Shown: positions 35,640-49,727 of the stretch, in pieces | How the letters are laid out: each line of letters begins with the position of its first letter | Position numbering within the stretch: position 1 is the stretch's first letter | NCBI RefSeq assembly: GCF_001194135.2 | Contig: NC_068988.1 | Location: forward strand, 51,437,773 to 51,501,772 | Source of the DNA: Octopus bimaculoides | Lineage: Eukaryota | Length of the DNA stretch: 64,000 nt | Direction of reading: 5' to 3' | Translations under genes and position numbers: made by a program | The notes under the pieces: model-generated | What the model was told of the DNA's origin: nothing | The model's database searches: none | Seen by the model: the letters and a program-made list of their open reading frames with translations, nothing else

Positions 35640-38600
35640 AAGTATTATCATAAACATTCTGCACTACAGCCCCAAGAGAGTAATGTCTAAAAAGAACAAG
35701 TATCTTGATATTTCTTTTATGTGGTTTTGTTCGGAAAGAATGTAGCAGGTACATGATAGCCTTTTTAGTGAGGTGCATGTGTTGGGTAGAGGGCTGTGTT
35801 TTTAAAAAGCAAGAATACTGCCAGATATAAGAGATATAAGAATGAAAATCCAACCGTTATTTTTCTATAAGCATTAGGTCATTGTTTAGCTATGTCTTCT
35901 CTTTATCCTATTTATAGTTATTACAATTGTCTCTGTCCCTTCCAGTGAGTGTACTAATTTAATTCTAATGAGCCTTTTTCTTCAGTTCTTTTGCTCCACT
36001 CTAATCCTTCTGCTGCAGAATTTGCATCCCTCCGAGATGATTTCCCTGTATTTACTACTTTACAACAATTCTAATTCAGCTGTATTAATATCACTTTATC
36101 CCACTGACCCATGATATGAAGTCTTGATGTTCATGGTATGGTCTCATTTATAACTTCAAAGTGATATCCTATCAAAATGGCTTCAGCAAAGCATTTTGAT
36201 CTGGGTTAGGATGCGACTAGCAATACACTTTTCCTTGAGACCTCAGCTCCATGATGGAGTTGTATGGCTGTCATCATGATATGCAGTAATGCCTTGCATA
36301 TTTTTAGACCTGGCAGCGTACCTCCCTATCTAGTTCCAACCACTCATCAGGTCTGATGAATTTCTTTCTAAAAGATAGAAAGACAGTAAAGGGGAAAGAA
36401 TAAGAGAAGAAGAATCGATTTCAGTACAGGACTGATACCTTATATATCAATGCTGAAAAGATGTAAAGTGAATTTGACCTCAGTAGGATTTGAACCCAAA
36501 ATTCAGAGAGCTAGAATGATTACTGCATAGTAATCTATCCGACATTGTAATAACTCTGCCAGTTGGCTATGTCGTCTAGCAATGTAAGCATCTAGAGTTC
36601 ACTACATCATAAATCTATTTCAGATACGCTCTTGTGGATTATAATGAATTATTAACTACACCAAGTCCACAACTACAATAGAATTACAAATATTTATGAC
36701 AAATGTTTATAGTCAAAGTGGTGCACTTGTCCAGATTCAAGCTTATTTTATTTGTGATGGTCATGAAGGAAGAGGAAAAAGACACTAACCACACCAATAA
36801 TATTGGCATAGGAATGAAATGTTGTTATCATTTAACCCCCAGGCCAGCACTGATTGAGCAGATGCTCAAAAGTATTTAAGAAGAATTATCACTATTTTTA
36901 TATATATCTTGGACTACATTGTCAAATGTATCCATTTTTTTTTTTAATGACAATAGAGGGAAGTTTGTTCCTCATACCATTGGCCCTGAAGTATTAACAC
37001 AGGAAGTGACTCTTGCAAAAGTTAAGGCAACATCACTGTTCTAAAAAAAAAATATTAATTGAAAAAAAAATCTCTGCAATCTCCCTCGAAATCGCAGTAT
37101 ACCATTTTTGCTTAGTGTAAACCTTGATTTATAAAAAGACAGAAAAGTCATGGTTGGAGAATTTTTAATTGTATCATATTCAATGAGAGCTGGCCTGTGA
37201 CATTTTACTACATTGTGACTTTGCAGATTGTTATACAGTGTTTCAACATTACTGGTTATTGCAGTGTCATGACTTAACAGATTGTAACATTACAGAGTGT
37301 ACTGTGACATCACATCATATTAGAGTTCATCGTGACAGATTTTTCTACAGCCAGATGTCCTTCCTGTCACCAATTCTCACCTGTATCCAAGCAAGATAAT
37401 ATTTCTCCATGGTCGGTCATGTTCTTGCAGAATATTGGAAATTAATGACACAGCTTGTATGATAGTGACACTCACATTGCGTAGTGTTAAGGGAAGGAGA
37501 TGCAAACATACACACACTTACACACACACACATGCATATATAATAGCTTCTTTCATTTTCCACCTACCAAATCTATTCACTAGGCTATAGTAGAAGACAC
37601 TAACCCAAGGTAGAACACAATGGGATTGAACCTGACACCATGTGGTTTGGAAGTAATTTCCATAACCACATAGCCATGCATGTACCTATTGCAATGTGTA
37701 TATCCCAATAGTCTATTACAATATGTATTGTCATGTCTTACACATATTGTTACCTTGTAGTGAAGAAGATAGCTATAGCTCACTTTTGGATGTCTAAGCT
37801 TACAGTTTGCACAAATTTGTCATGTAAACTAGGTTTTAGCAGGATTTGTGGTGGGGGTGGGGTTATACTTAGTGGCTGGCAGTTATGTCATGACTTTTAT
37901 TTCTGATTTTTTATAGTTCACACTTATTTGAAATTTTTGTTATAAACCACATTAACTACTAGTGCAACAAGTTCTCTATATTTTCACAAATGGTGAGTTT
38001 TGTGTGTTAGTGTGTGTGTGTTCACATATACATTCATGTAGATACAATTAAATACAAACTGTATGTCAATTCATACAAGGGTGTGTACTTCTATACAATT
38101 TCATGGACTTGATCAAGTTACATCTCATTAAATAACTTGAAATATGAGTACTGAACATAAACCTGTGACTATAATATCCTTTCCTGTGTCAGCTTTCTAA
38201 TTCTTTACTGAAGTGTATAATAGAAATAATTATGGTAGTGTATAATACGATTTATCACATGGATATAAAGCTATAAATGGCAACGTGTGGAGTAGGTGAT
38301 TGCTTTGACCTCACTATATGACTGGTAGTAATTTTATTTAGCATGGCAGGACATGAACTGTAAGAGATTTATGTGGTCACTTGACTTGCTAGAAGTAGCT
38401 GCTGTATCTCACTTGAACTACACTACCATCTTAAAAGATAAAAGGTATTTTGCATAATGTCTAAGATATGCTGTCTGGTGAAACAGATTTGATGTGACAG
38501 TCATTGTCGGAAGGCCTTTGATTAGCCTCAGGTCAGCACTGGAGTCTGGGGCTAATCAGCAATAATTAGATACTGCAAAACATTTAGTTTGGTACCTCAT

Positions 38601-41600
38601 CCTTTTTGTAACTCCACACTTGTCTTGTAATGTGAAGAAAAGTAATTTCTTTCATGAGTTCAAGGCCATAAAATTGTTTGTAAGGGCTATGCTTGATTGT
38701 ATCTATATTATTGTAGGCATTTAAACCTTTTGTTTGCATTTTTCTGTTGAAATGCACTACCTTTCTTTCAATTAATTTTGAAAATAATCGAGAATTTATT
38801 AAAATAACTTTGTCGTTTTTAAGTTGGTGTTTGATACCATCTTCTACAAGAAGCAATTTTTCTGTCATCCAGTAATTTCTACTTGGTCAAGAACTCAACA
38901 CTAGCATACAGGTTATAAATATCCATCACATAGAGTCCATCTGCTTTCATCAGTTATAATCATCAGCTTTATTATTGATAGATGTTTTAGTGGAAGACAT
39001 CTCATTGCTACACTTTACTATTGATGCTGTTTGAAAGTTTAAGTTTACTGTTAGTGTTTAAAGGCTGAAAGGGTGCACTTGCTGTGTACCCTTTAAATGG
39101 TTTCGTTATTATCTCAAATTCTAGTAGGTTTATTAAAATGATGTCATCCCTTTGCCAAATAAGGGGTGCTTTTTATACATACCAAAAGCGTGGGTTTGTA
39201 TGAATTAAGGGCAAATTGGTGACATCAGTTCTATTTAACATTTCTCTGACCCTAATGAGGATAAAATAGTTATGGAGCAATCAAGTGAAAATCTTGTTAT
39301 TGCTCACACAAAAATGTTTTGTGATTTTTTCTCTATTTAATACCGAGGCTACTTATCTCAACCTATTGGGTCAAGACCATTACAAATGATGTAGCTTATG
39401 TATGTTTTATAGTTTTAACTAATCATTTGTCAACTTAAAGAACTTTTTAATAAGAATTATTCTGTTGATTTGAATAGATTTTAATCTTAATTGCAAAAAG
39501 TACCAGTGTAAAACATGATTATTTAAAGAATTTTGTCTGAGTATGCTAACTGAAATGTCTTTGTAAAAGCCATTACAAAGCCAGCTTTGCACTTGCAAAG
39601 ATCTACTTAAAATGATGCCATGTAAATAAGCTGGTTGTAATCCCTCTTAGCAAGAACTCTTTATTTGATGGAAGTTCAGCTAACAAGAAGGCAGCATGTA
39701 TTTAGTAGCACTGAGCATCAATTCAGTAAGCTTCCTCTCCTTTCAACTTGTCAAAGTTTATAAAATCTTTAGCTAAAATTAGGTTTCATAACTGAGATAA
39801 ATTGATCAAATCTTTCCAAGGCAGCAGTGAAAATCCCTTTTAACATTGACCTGTCATTGATTGGCAGTAAATTGTTGCACCAAGTTTTGCGGATTTTTTC
39901 ATAAATTTCTCTTGAATGAAAATTTGACACTGCTAATATAAAGTCGCTCTCTTTGTTTCTTATTCCCTTCATCCTTCTCTTCTTTTTCCTCATTCATGTC
40001 TCACTTAATCTGGTAACCAAGTGGATTTCCCAGCAAGTTCAAGGTATAACTCAATTAACAGTACTCAAATGGTTGTTTGTCACTGGTTATGCTTTTCATT
40101 TGCACATAGCTTTCTCTGCCATCCCGTTAACAGTGTGGCAATATAGAAGCCTAGACAAACTGCTAATACTCACTTAGCATGAGTGTGATGACCAACTGTA
40201 TGGTTCTGATGGAAATTAGCAAGATTTATTGCCATTTGGCAGACTTATTGCCATGAACATTACTAAAATTAAGATTCCACTTCTCACCTTAATCCAATCA
40301 AACCAATAATTTCTAAACAGTCTGCAAATAAGAAAAGCCAGTTGTGTGAGGTAATGTGGTGGGGAGAATATTATTTCTATTTTTTTTTATTCCTTCTGGT
40401 CTTTTTTTTCTGTTTTTCTGGTTTTTTCTTTTTTAAGGCACTAGTTAGTTTGACACTTTTTCATTAGATTTTGTCTTTTATATCTTTTATCAGTTTATGT
40501 GTCTGTAGGCTTGTTTGTATGTGTATACTTGTGATTGTGTGCTTCTGCATTTAATAGTGTGTGTGTGTGCATGTAAGAGAGGTGAGGAGGAAAAAAGAGA
40601 GAAAGGGTGAGAGATTGTGTGTGTGTGTGTGTCTGACCATTATAGAACATCGTAGATTGGAGTGTAATGTATTCACTGTGTGTTTTGGCCCGCCCTGTTT
40701 CTGGAATGTTCTATCTTAAGGGGCTTACATTAGTCACTTGGCTCTTGACAGCAACCTGAACATTTGTAGCATTGTTGAAACCATTGGTCAGCAAGTCAAT
40801 CATCAGGCACACATGGAAATCCTACCGTAGGAGACAAATTCTACCAGAAGCTTGGGTCAGAGTAAGACATTGACAAATAGGACACTGATCTCTTTTGTCA
40901 ATGATTCATTTTCTATCTCTGTTCTCTCGAAGACAAATAGGCTTTGTCTCTGCTTCAGTACTTGGTATCATTTGATAAATAGTAAAAAATCTATAATTCA
41001 TTTAACCACCTACCCACTTAAGCTGTTGTTCTTATTGACTTTCTTCTTTGGTCTAATATTTCGTTCATTGATTAAAACCACAAATAAATTTTCTACCTCA
41101 TTTAATAAACTTTCCTAAGATTTATTTCATAATTATATCCTTATCAACATCTTCATTTTTGTTACATTTTCCATTGATGTTTATTACTATTAATGTGTTG
41201 TTGTTGTTGTTGTTATTATTATTATTATTATTATTATGATGATGACAGATTAGCAGACTTGTTAATGTCTGACAAAATGCATTATGGTATTTAGTTATGG
41301 GTATTTTGCATTCTGAGTTCAAATCCTACTGTGATCAGCTTTATCTTTCAGTCTTCTGAGGTCAATAGAATAAAGTACCAGTCAATCAAGCATAATAGTT
41401 GATACAATCAACTATTTCCCTACCCCAAAATTTCTGGGTTTGTGTCTGTTAGAAACAATTGTTATTGTTATAGTTAGTGTCTTAGGTAGGGTTGGCAGAA
41501 TCATTAGTGTCGGAAAAACTGCCTTGTGGTATTTGTTCTGGCTCTTTACTTTGTGAGTTCAAATCCTGCCAAGGTGAGCTTTACCGTTCATCCTTCTAGG

Positions 41601-41845
41601 GGTTGATAAAGTAAAGTACTAGTCTAGTATTGGGGTTGATGTAATCAACTACCACCCCTTCTGTCAAAGAGTCAGGACCTGAGCCTAAATTAAAAGCACT
41701 GAGCTTGACTTTGCCTTTCATCTTTTCGGGGTCGATAAAATAAGAGTCAGTTGATTACTGGGGTCGATATAATTGACTATAACCCCAACTCCAACCCCAC
41801 CCCAGCCCCGAAATTGCTAGCCTTGTGCCAAAATTTGAAACCCTG

Positions 41846-41881
<36 letters not shown>

Positions 41882-42043
41882 GTTCAGTAGTTTTATTTTT
41901 ATAACGTGCTTTCACTTCACTACCGAGCGCAGCTCTGTGCGCCTTGGGTATGTGCTGTGGTTTGCTGTGGTGCTCTTATGGTTACTGTATTGAAAGTGTT
42001 TTGCATAGGATGTGTGCAGTGCCCAGTAGTGCAATTTTCTGTA

Positions 42044-42045
<2 letters not shown>
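41882..42045 (-). mobile_element. Young 5'-truncated R4/Dong-like insertion within (TAA)n
   Basis: Minus strand 42044-41982 reads IQKIALLGTAHILCKTLSIQ*, followed by a 100-nt 3' UTR with CpGs intact. Flanked on both sides by (TTA)n. Confidence 0.8.
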
Positions 42046-42074
<29 letters not shown>

Positions 42075-42386
42075 TGTTGTTGTTGTTGAATGGTGTAAGT
42101 TAGCAAGCTGGCAAAATCCTTAGCATACTGAACAAAATGCTTGATAGCATTTCATCTGTTTTTATATTCCAAGTTCAGATTCCACTGTGGTTGACTTTGC
42201 CTTTCATCCTTTCAGGGTTGATGAAATAAGTACCAATCAACTCCTGTGGTTGAGACATTCGACTAGCCTCCACCAACACACATACACACATTCAGGCTTG
42301 ATATAATCATTCTCCTAACTCCAAATTTGTGGGTTTGTTCCTATGTTAGAAATAATTATTGTTATTATTAATATTTGCACTACAAG

Positions 42387-42745
42387 CATCCCCTCCAACC
42401 AAACATGCTTTAGTTTTACTCAGACAAGTAAAATTTCTGCCACTATCAGATGGTGAACACACAGAACAATTGTTGGCTTGCTGTGTCCCCAAAACATGTA
42501 CCAAGAGTGATAAAAATCAAACATTCAGTCAGCATCATGGTGTTTGGAGTGATGACTAGTGATAGCAACGTTATGCCTCCATTCATCTTCCCATGTGGCC
42601 TAAGATTCGACATGGAGGCCTACATCAAGTGCTTGGAGGCAGTAGTGCTTCCCTGGGTCAAGAGGGTGGCTGCTGGAAGACAGAATTCTGCACCATGCCA
42701 CACAAGCAAGAGAACCCAGTCATGGCTGTCAGACACTACAGCATG
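42387..42745 (+). pseudogene. Tc1/mariner (maT/DD37D-like) transposase relic
   Basis: NTQNNCWLA..VPRVIKIKHSVSIMVFGVMTSDSNVMPPFIFPCGLRFDMEAYIKCLEAVVLPWVKRVAAGRQNSAPCHTSKRTQSWL follows the DDD-domain pattern. The xxWQQDxAP motif is reduced to RQNSAP by a deletion plus D>N. No TIRs were seen. Confidence 0.8.
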
Positions 42746-44643
42746 ACGTTTCCAAATTTCTGACAGAGTAAATTGCATCATGGTGCTGTTTTTTTCATAG
42801 ACGGTTCCCTTCTCACCCTACTATACTGTGTAGTCAACAAAATCAAAATTAAACAATGCGTGAAGTTAAGAGTATAAAATGATGGCAATTTACCCATCGC
42901 ACCATATATATATATATAAAACTGGTCTTCTTTTTTTCTGAATACCATCTTGTGTTATTTTATTAGTAGAAGTAAATGTTTATTCCATTCATTTATTAAC
43001 CTTCCATATGTTTAGCCCTTTAGCATTCATATAACTGTCAAATATAATGCTTATTTATTCACATTGTTTTTATTTAATCTTGGCTTATGTTGTAGTTTTA
43101 AAATTTCAATGATGTGATTGTTTATTTTTAGAATGACATTGTAGGGTAGTGTGAGAGGTTAGATCTGGCCAATTTGCACAGAAAACAGGTAGAATATTTG
43201 GGTCAGATATGGTTGGTTTAAATACTAAAGTGTTAACCTAAATTATCTAGTTTGTGAATCATTTTGTATTCCTTGAATTGATAACTACTTTTGAATAATT
43301 GTTAGACATTTCGGTGAAACATTCGCAATTAAACGAATAACCTTTTTATCTACATAATCTGAGAATAAGGGTAACTGGGTGATCTTAAGGGGCCTGTTGT
43401 TTATTTTGCATTTTGTGGCTTAGTAATTGGTCAACCAATTGGTAATGAATATAATATATCGCTAATAAGGTTCTTATTAAGGTCTTTTATAATACACTGT
43501 ACCTTTATCACTCAAATAACAAACCTTTTTGAATAGAAGTTAGCTTGAAGCACTTATTAGTCATGTTTTTTATGATGTTTGATAACAGTGAACGTAATAC
43601 TAACTACAAATACTTGAAACAAGAAAAGTGTGTGTGTGTGTGTCCTATTCTCGCTAGACATTCCCTTAAAGTGCTGCTTATTGATTCAGTCCAGTCAGTG
43701 TTGTAATTCATATGACTGCTAATAACAGTTACAGGTAAATAATAACCAGTTGGGGGTGTAGGTCTCAGTTTACTTGTCAGGAATTATTTTATTACAGCCT
43801 GCAGCTGAGAACAAAGACAAAAATCTATATATTTACACTATAACAACAGTGTCACTATGAGTTCTTGATGTCATTTATCTATTTGTCACATCCTGGCCTT
43901 GTCATATGTCTCAGTTTCCATTACTATTTATGTCCAGTTCTTGCACTATAGACTTTTTATTGCTGCTTTTGCTATTTTTACACACTATTTATCATTTGCT
44001 TCACTCGATGGTGGTGTCTTTTGTTATTATTTGATGAGAGTAGCTTCTTGTAACGGGGTATGGTTTAAATGTAGACTAGATTGTCAAGGAGAAAAGAAAA
44101 CTAGTCACTGCACATATGTACTACATTTCACACTCTACTCCCTTTGCTTTGTTGTGGCCCACAAATATTTATGTTTGGAGGAATAATAGCAAAAAAATAA
44201 TAACTATTGATAAACATTCAATGGAGGAAGGTTAGGTAGCTTTCAGCTGAGTCTGTTGTAGTAACTGTAACCTCATTTATCATTCTCTGATTCGTCATGA
44301 GTTTTTAATACACTCTTTTTCAGCGTGCGCTACGGGTGGGCAGCTCCATGTTACTTTCTCAATAAAGTTCCTTCAGCAATATTACAAGATGTTTCCTGTC
44401 CTTTCTATATCATGACAACTTAGACTTTCCCCCCTCTTCAGGTGACAGTGAGGTTAGAAAATCTTTCCAGTTTCCAAATACAGTTATGTCAACAGTCTAT
44501 TTCCAATAGGCTCTCTTAATAAGTCCTTAGTTTTATGTGTTTCTGATTTATTGTTTGAGATTTTAGCTCAGACACCTATGTTCACTTCACTTACTGTGTT
44601 TTATAGTACATTGAGAGAATAAGATACTTGAAATTTCTTTAGG

Positions 44644-44677
<34 letters not shown>

Positions 44678-46178
44678 GTTAAACTTGTTTGACAATAAGG
44701 TGTATGAATAACTTGGGGTAATTTTTAATTGGTGTGCAGCTTTAAAAAAAATATTTGATTTTGTAGGTAAAAGAATTGAAATTGCATTGACTTTTTTCTT
44801 TTTTTTTTGTCTTATGAAATCTTGATATGCTGAGTATTTGGAATTGTGTGAGACATTTTTGATTTAAACCCATGCATTTATAGTAGTTGATTGAATTTTA
44901 TTATGATCATGTAAGTCTCTTGAATTCTGCTTACCCCACCCCATAAGTTTCTTGCAGACATTGACCCACAAGTGTCAAAGTGAACTTCAACTGCACCAGC
45001 CTCACTAAAATGACTCTCTTGTTAAAGAAAAGGCAGAGGTGCCAATTGATTACCAACGTACTGTTTTTTCAGACACTATAGCAAAATTAGTGCAAACATT
45101 GTGGTATTGTTCCCACATCTGTCTCAGATGTGGGAGCCTTTTTAACCATATCCAGAAATGGGTCACCTAGTTGATTGGTATAAAGTCACAGACATGATCT
45201 AGATTCTAACCTGCAGTTACAGTGCCCTCTCTCGCTCTCATACTCCATTCTTTAGAGCTGGCTGGACTCATACAACCTTCACTCAGGCATGCCCAGCCTC
45301 CTTGTCTCTCTCTCTCCTTCATTCATCCCTTTTGTTTCCTTTGCCTAGATCTTGTGTTAATCTTTACATCCAGTCCTTCTCAGAATTTTGGCCCTTAGGC
45401 TCTCTGTCTCTGCTCATGACTTTTCCCACAGATACTGACTTTCAGTTGCTTAAAAGGAACATAAATATCACTGGTCTCAGATGGCCTGAAATAGCCAGAA
45501 GTAATGTCTCTTCCCTCAAATCCAATAGAAAAAATAAGAAAATCCTGTTCAAAATCTGGTGCTTTCCAGTTTAGTATTACTAAGATGCAAATTAATTGTT
45601 CAATATTTTCTCTGGAACAATGTAACTTAAATCGTGTCTTTTACTTGTTTAAGTCATTTGACTGAGGCCATGCTGGGGCACTGCCTTTAGTCGAACAAAT
45701 CGACACCAAGACTTATTCTATCAATCTCTTTTTGCCAAACTGCTAAGTTATGGGGATATATACATGCCAACATTGGTTGCCAAGCGATGGTGGTGGGGGC
45801 TAAACAGACATACAAGCATATACACACACACACATACACACACACACACTCAACTGGCTTCTTTCAGTTTCCATCTACTAAATCCACTCACAAAGCTTTG
45901 GTCGGCCCGTGGCTATAGTTGAGAACATTTGTCCAAGGTACCACGCAGTGAGACTGAACCCGGAACCATGTGGTTGGTAAGCAAGCTACTTACCGCACAG
46001 CTACTCCTGCACCTATATGTACAATTATGCTCACCACATTTGAGACCGTTACCAAAAAATTCCATTCCTTATAGCTTTAACTGTTGTCATTTTATCTTCT
46101 TTAGAAGAACAGTTGACAATCAATCAATCAAAATTCTTGAGTCAGCTGCATCCATGAATAAGTTTTTCAAACTAAAAC

Positions 46179-47462
46179 TACTGCGTATACTTGTCAAAAA
46201 GTCAAATTTTTTTAGCCCATTTTTGTAAGATCAAATTTATGGGGTCAACTATTACATGGCTACTACTTTTCAGGGGCTGAAATTGAAGCTAGAATCCGAA
46301 GTGCTGTGTCAGCAGTTGAAGCCCAACTGATGTCTAAGCAAATAAAAACAAGAACATAATGAATTACAGTAATATTCCCAATTCTATGCATCAAAACACA
46401 CGTCCTAGTAAATAACAAAACCCATAAACAAGACTGTGTAGCTCTTATAAATATTTACACTTTCTCTTTTATTTGTATCCATCAAACTTAACAGACTAGC
46501 TTAGTGAAATCAATTTATATCTCATAATTGTTATGGTACCACTGGTAACATATCTACCCGGTACCGGCATGCCACTACCTACTTGGCCTGTTTCAAAAAA
46601 TGTTGCAGAATGTCATGTCCAGAACATGGTGTAGAGTTGTTAATCTGGGGCATGGATTCCCAAAGTGTGTTCTGCAAAACCCCAGGGTTCCCTGAAAGTT
46701 ATCAGGGGTTCCATGTTTTTAAAAATAATGTTGAAGGATTCTGTGAGAACTACTTATCTGGCGATTAACTAAATGGTTTTAGGTTTACGGAAGTCATGTC
46801 TCTGTACAAATTCATACATGAATTCTGTTGTTTGCTGATAGTGCTGGCTGTGAAACACGTTTCTCACCATGTAAACAGACAAGCGTATAACACATGCGTT
46901 TATTGTATTTGGAGATGAGGAAAATATAAAGGTCGCATAGGAACCACTGATCTAGCGATTACTTGAATGTTTTTAGGCTAATCAAGGTCATGCCTTTATA
47001 TGAATTCAGACAGTGGCGTTTGCCAATGTTTGCCATTAGTACTGTCTGTGAAACACATTTCTCACCATGTAAACATGATGCATGTGTTTATTGTGCTTGG
47101 AGATGTATGCAGGCTTGCAGCATATCCTGTGCATTCATTTTAGTAATGGTGATGTAGCACCCATCAACAGATGTGTAGTGCTGGCTATTAAATGGTGTTT
47201 TACAAAAAGCAATGAGCATTCCACTATAAGCACCAAGCAGTCCACCCATAGAGCAGACTACAGTAAGGTAGCCACACAATTTTGTAGCTGTTATTTCTAT
47301 GTACAGGAGAATATGGTACCTTGACCCACAAACGTTTTGTTGTTCGTGAAATATTAGGGTCAATTTTTTTATACGGGGTCTATGGAAAATTCTCAATTTT
47401 TTGATTAAAAGTAGGGGATTGACTTTTACATGAGATCGACTATTACTTGAATATATATGGTA
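46179..47462. mobile_element. Non-autonomous pogo/Tigger-like element (about 1.3 kb)
   Basis: Degenerate TIRs ta-ctgcgtatacttgtcaaaaagtc and gactattacttgaatatatatgg-ta. Contains an internal duplication of about 200 bp. Confidence 0.45.
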
Positions 47463-49138
47463 AATACATTTTTTTGTTACATAAGACTTGTGTACATTAC
47501 TTACAACAACTTGATCTGTCAGATATAGCAGCCAAATCTCCCTCATATACCTTTTACTTATTTCAGTCATTGGACTGAAGTCATTTTGGGGCAACCACAT
47601 TGACAGGTTTTTTGTCAAACAAATCAATCCCAGCCCACCCACCTTCTTTTTTCGTTTGTTTTTAGTCTAATCCTTATTGTATCTGTCACTTTTACTGAAC
47701 TGCTAAGTTACAGGAATGTAAACAAACCAACACAGGTTGTCAAGTGGTGTTGGGGAACAAACACAGACTCAGCACATACCTACTTATATATACACTCTTA
47801 CAGTGGGCTTCTACATAGTTGCCATCTTCCAAATTCATTCACAAGATAGAGAATGTAACCCTAGTTATACAGGAAGACAAGATGGTCATGTTTGGAACAC
47901 TTTTGATCACAAGTTTGTTCATTCAGAGGCTGACTTGAAGCAATATAACCAATGAAGCAACTGTGCCTTTAACAAAATTTGATGACAGTGCTTTTGTTGA
48001 GTAAAGTAAAAAATATATTCTTGAAAACTTGTTTTATAAAAATAATAATAATGATAATATTAAAACGGAAGAGTAAAGAAAGTGGTTATATTTTTAGTGA
48101 TGTTTACCATATTTATGTATATATGATGCAAATAATGCTATACTAGAATGAAAGATCAAAGTCGGAGGCTCATAGTTTATATGAGGTTAAATATATAACT
48201 TTTTTTTTTCACTAGTATCTTCAATCTTTCCTATTAACAAGATCATGGCTGCTGCTTGAATTCTCAATAACTCAAAACTGTTTATAGTTTGGTTTATTTT
48301 ATTAAAGTTTAATTTGGTATTTAATTTATAGAACATAATATGCTACCATTTGGTTGTCATATTTTTGGAACTATGTATTTGTTGTGTATATTAAAGTATA
48401 GAAATAAAAATAAAAAAATTTACTAATCAATATGGCAAGACATTTTAAGTGCGATTTATTCTCTGAACATTTCTATTTTTCTATCACTATTCATTCTTCT
48501 ACATTTACTTAGTGTTTTTTTATTCATTTATTTGTTTATTTATTTTTTTTGTCAGTGCTGTTTCAGCAAATACAGTGCTGTCTTTGCTTTATGGAAAACA
48601 TCAAAATATTATTATCTAATGACTAGGCATAACGATGGCTGTGTGGTAAAAGGTTTGCTTCCCAACCACATGGTTCCAGGATCAGTTCCACTACATGGCA
48701 TCTTGGGAAAGTGTCTTCTACAATAGCCAAAGGCTTGTGAATGGATTTGGTTGATGCAGACTGAAAGAAGTCTATACATAAATGTGTGTGTGTGTGTTGC
48801 TCTCTCCTTGTCTTGAATTTGTGTGACAGTATCCTTCATTTCCAGTCTTCCATGTGAAACATTTGGTCATGGGGAAATATTTCCTTACTTGGATATAAAG
48901 TGAGAGTTGGCGACAGGAAGGGCGTCCAGCAATAGAAAAATCTGCTTGAGGAAACTCCGTCTGATTCATGCAAGCATGGAAAAAGTGGATGGAAAACTAT
49001 TTTGACTGTTGTTTCTTCTTCACAGTATAATTTTTTTCTTGTGACTTTTGAATGTTGTATATTTTTTGATAACACAAAGTTCAATGGACTACATTTAACA
49101 GGAGCTTATATACAAGCATACAATCCTATCAAAATGAG

Positions 49139-49187
<49 letters not shown>

Positions 49188-49456
49188 CTGTGTATCATAC
49201 TTAATGCAGATATACTGTAAAAAGTTGGAAACTGCAGTATATATCTCAAGAAAGTATCTTGTGTGAATGTATACATCTACATGAGATGTTTTCTTGAGAT
49301 GAATATGATGCACAGAATGCTGTGTGGTAAGAAACTTGCTTCCCAACTGCATGGTTCTGGGTTCAGTCTCACTTCGTGGCTGGCATCTTGGGCAAATGAC
49401 TTCTACTATACCCTTCTGAATGGATCTGGTAGACAGAAACTGAAAGAAACCCATCA

Positions 49457-49490
<34 letters not shown>

Positions 49491-49696
49491 CGTTTACATC
49501 TCTGTAACTTAGCAGTTCAGCAAAAAAGACTGATAAAATAAGTGCTAGACTTAAGAAATAAGTCATAGGGAAAATTTGTTCAACTAAAAAGCCCTTCAGA
49601 GTGGTGCTCCAGCATAGCCACAGTCAAACGAGTGAAACACGGAAAAGAATATATACATACGTAAATACATTTACACATATACACATATACACACAT

Positions 49697-49727
<31 letters not shown>

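Noticed and set aside
34175-35853. ORFs with poly-I, YI, CV and ER runs
   Set aside because: They are translations of microsatellites.
36344-36359. tcatcag-gt-ctgatga palindrome containing the hammerhead CUGAUGA motif; also ctgatga at 12198 and on minus near 5996
   Set aside because: None has a downstream stem II plus GAAA or a stem I/III, so they are chance 7-mers.
35880-36370. Possible LINE RT remnant (GFSKAF resembling DFSKAFD)
   Set aside because: There is only one short motif and conflicting strand signals, which is too little to call.
47088-47642. 184-aa minus-strand ORF
   Set aside because: It crosses the boundaries of a Tigger-like end, a short repeat and a SINE, and has no domain features.
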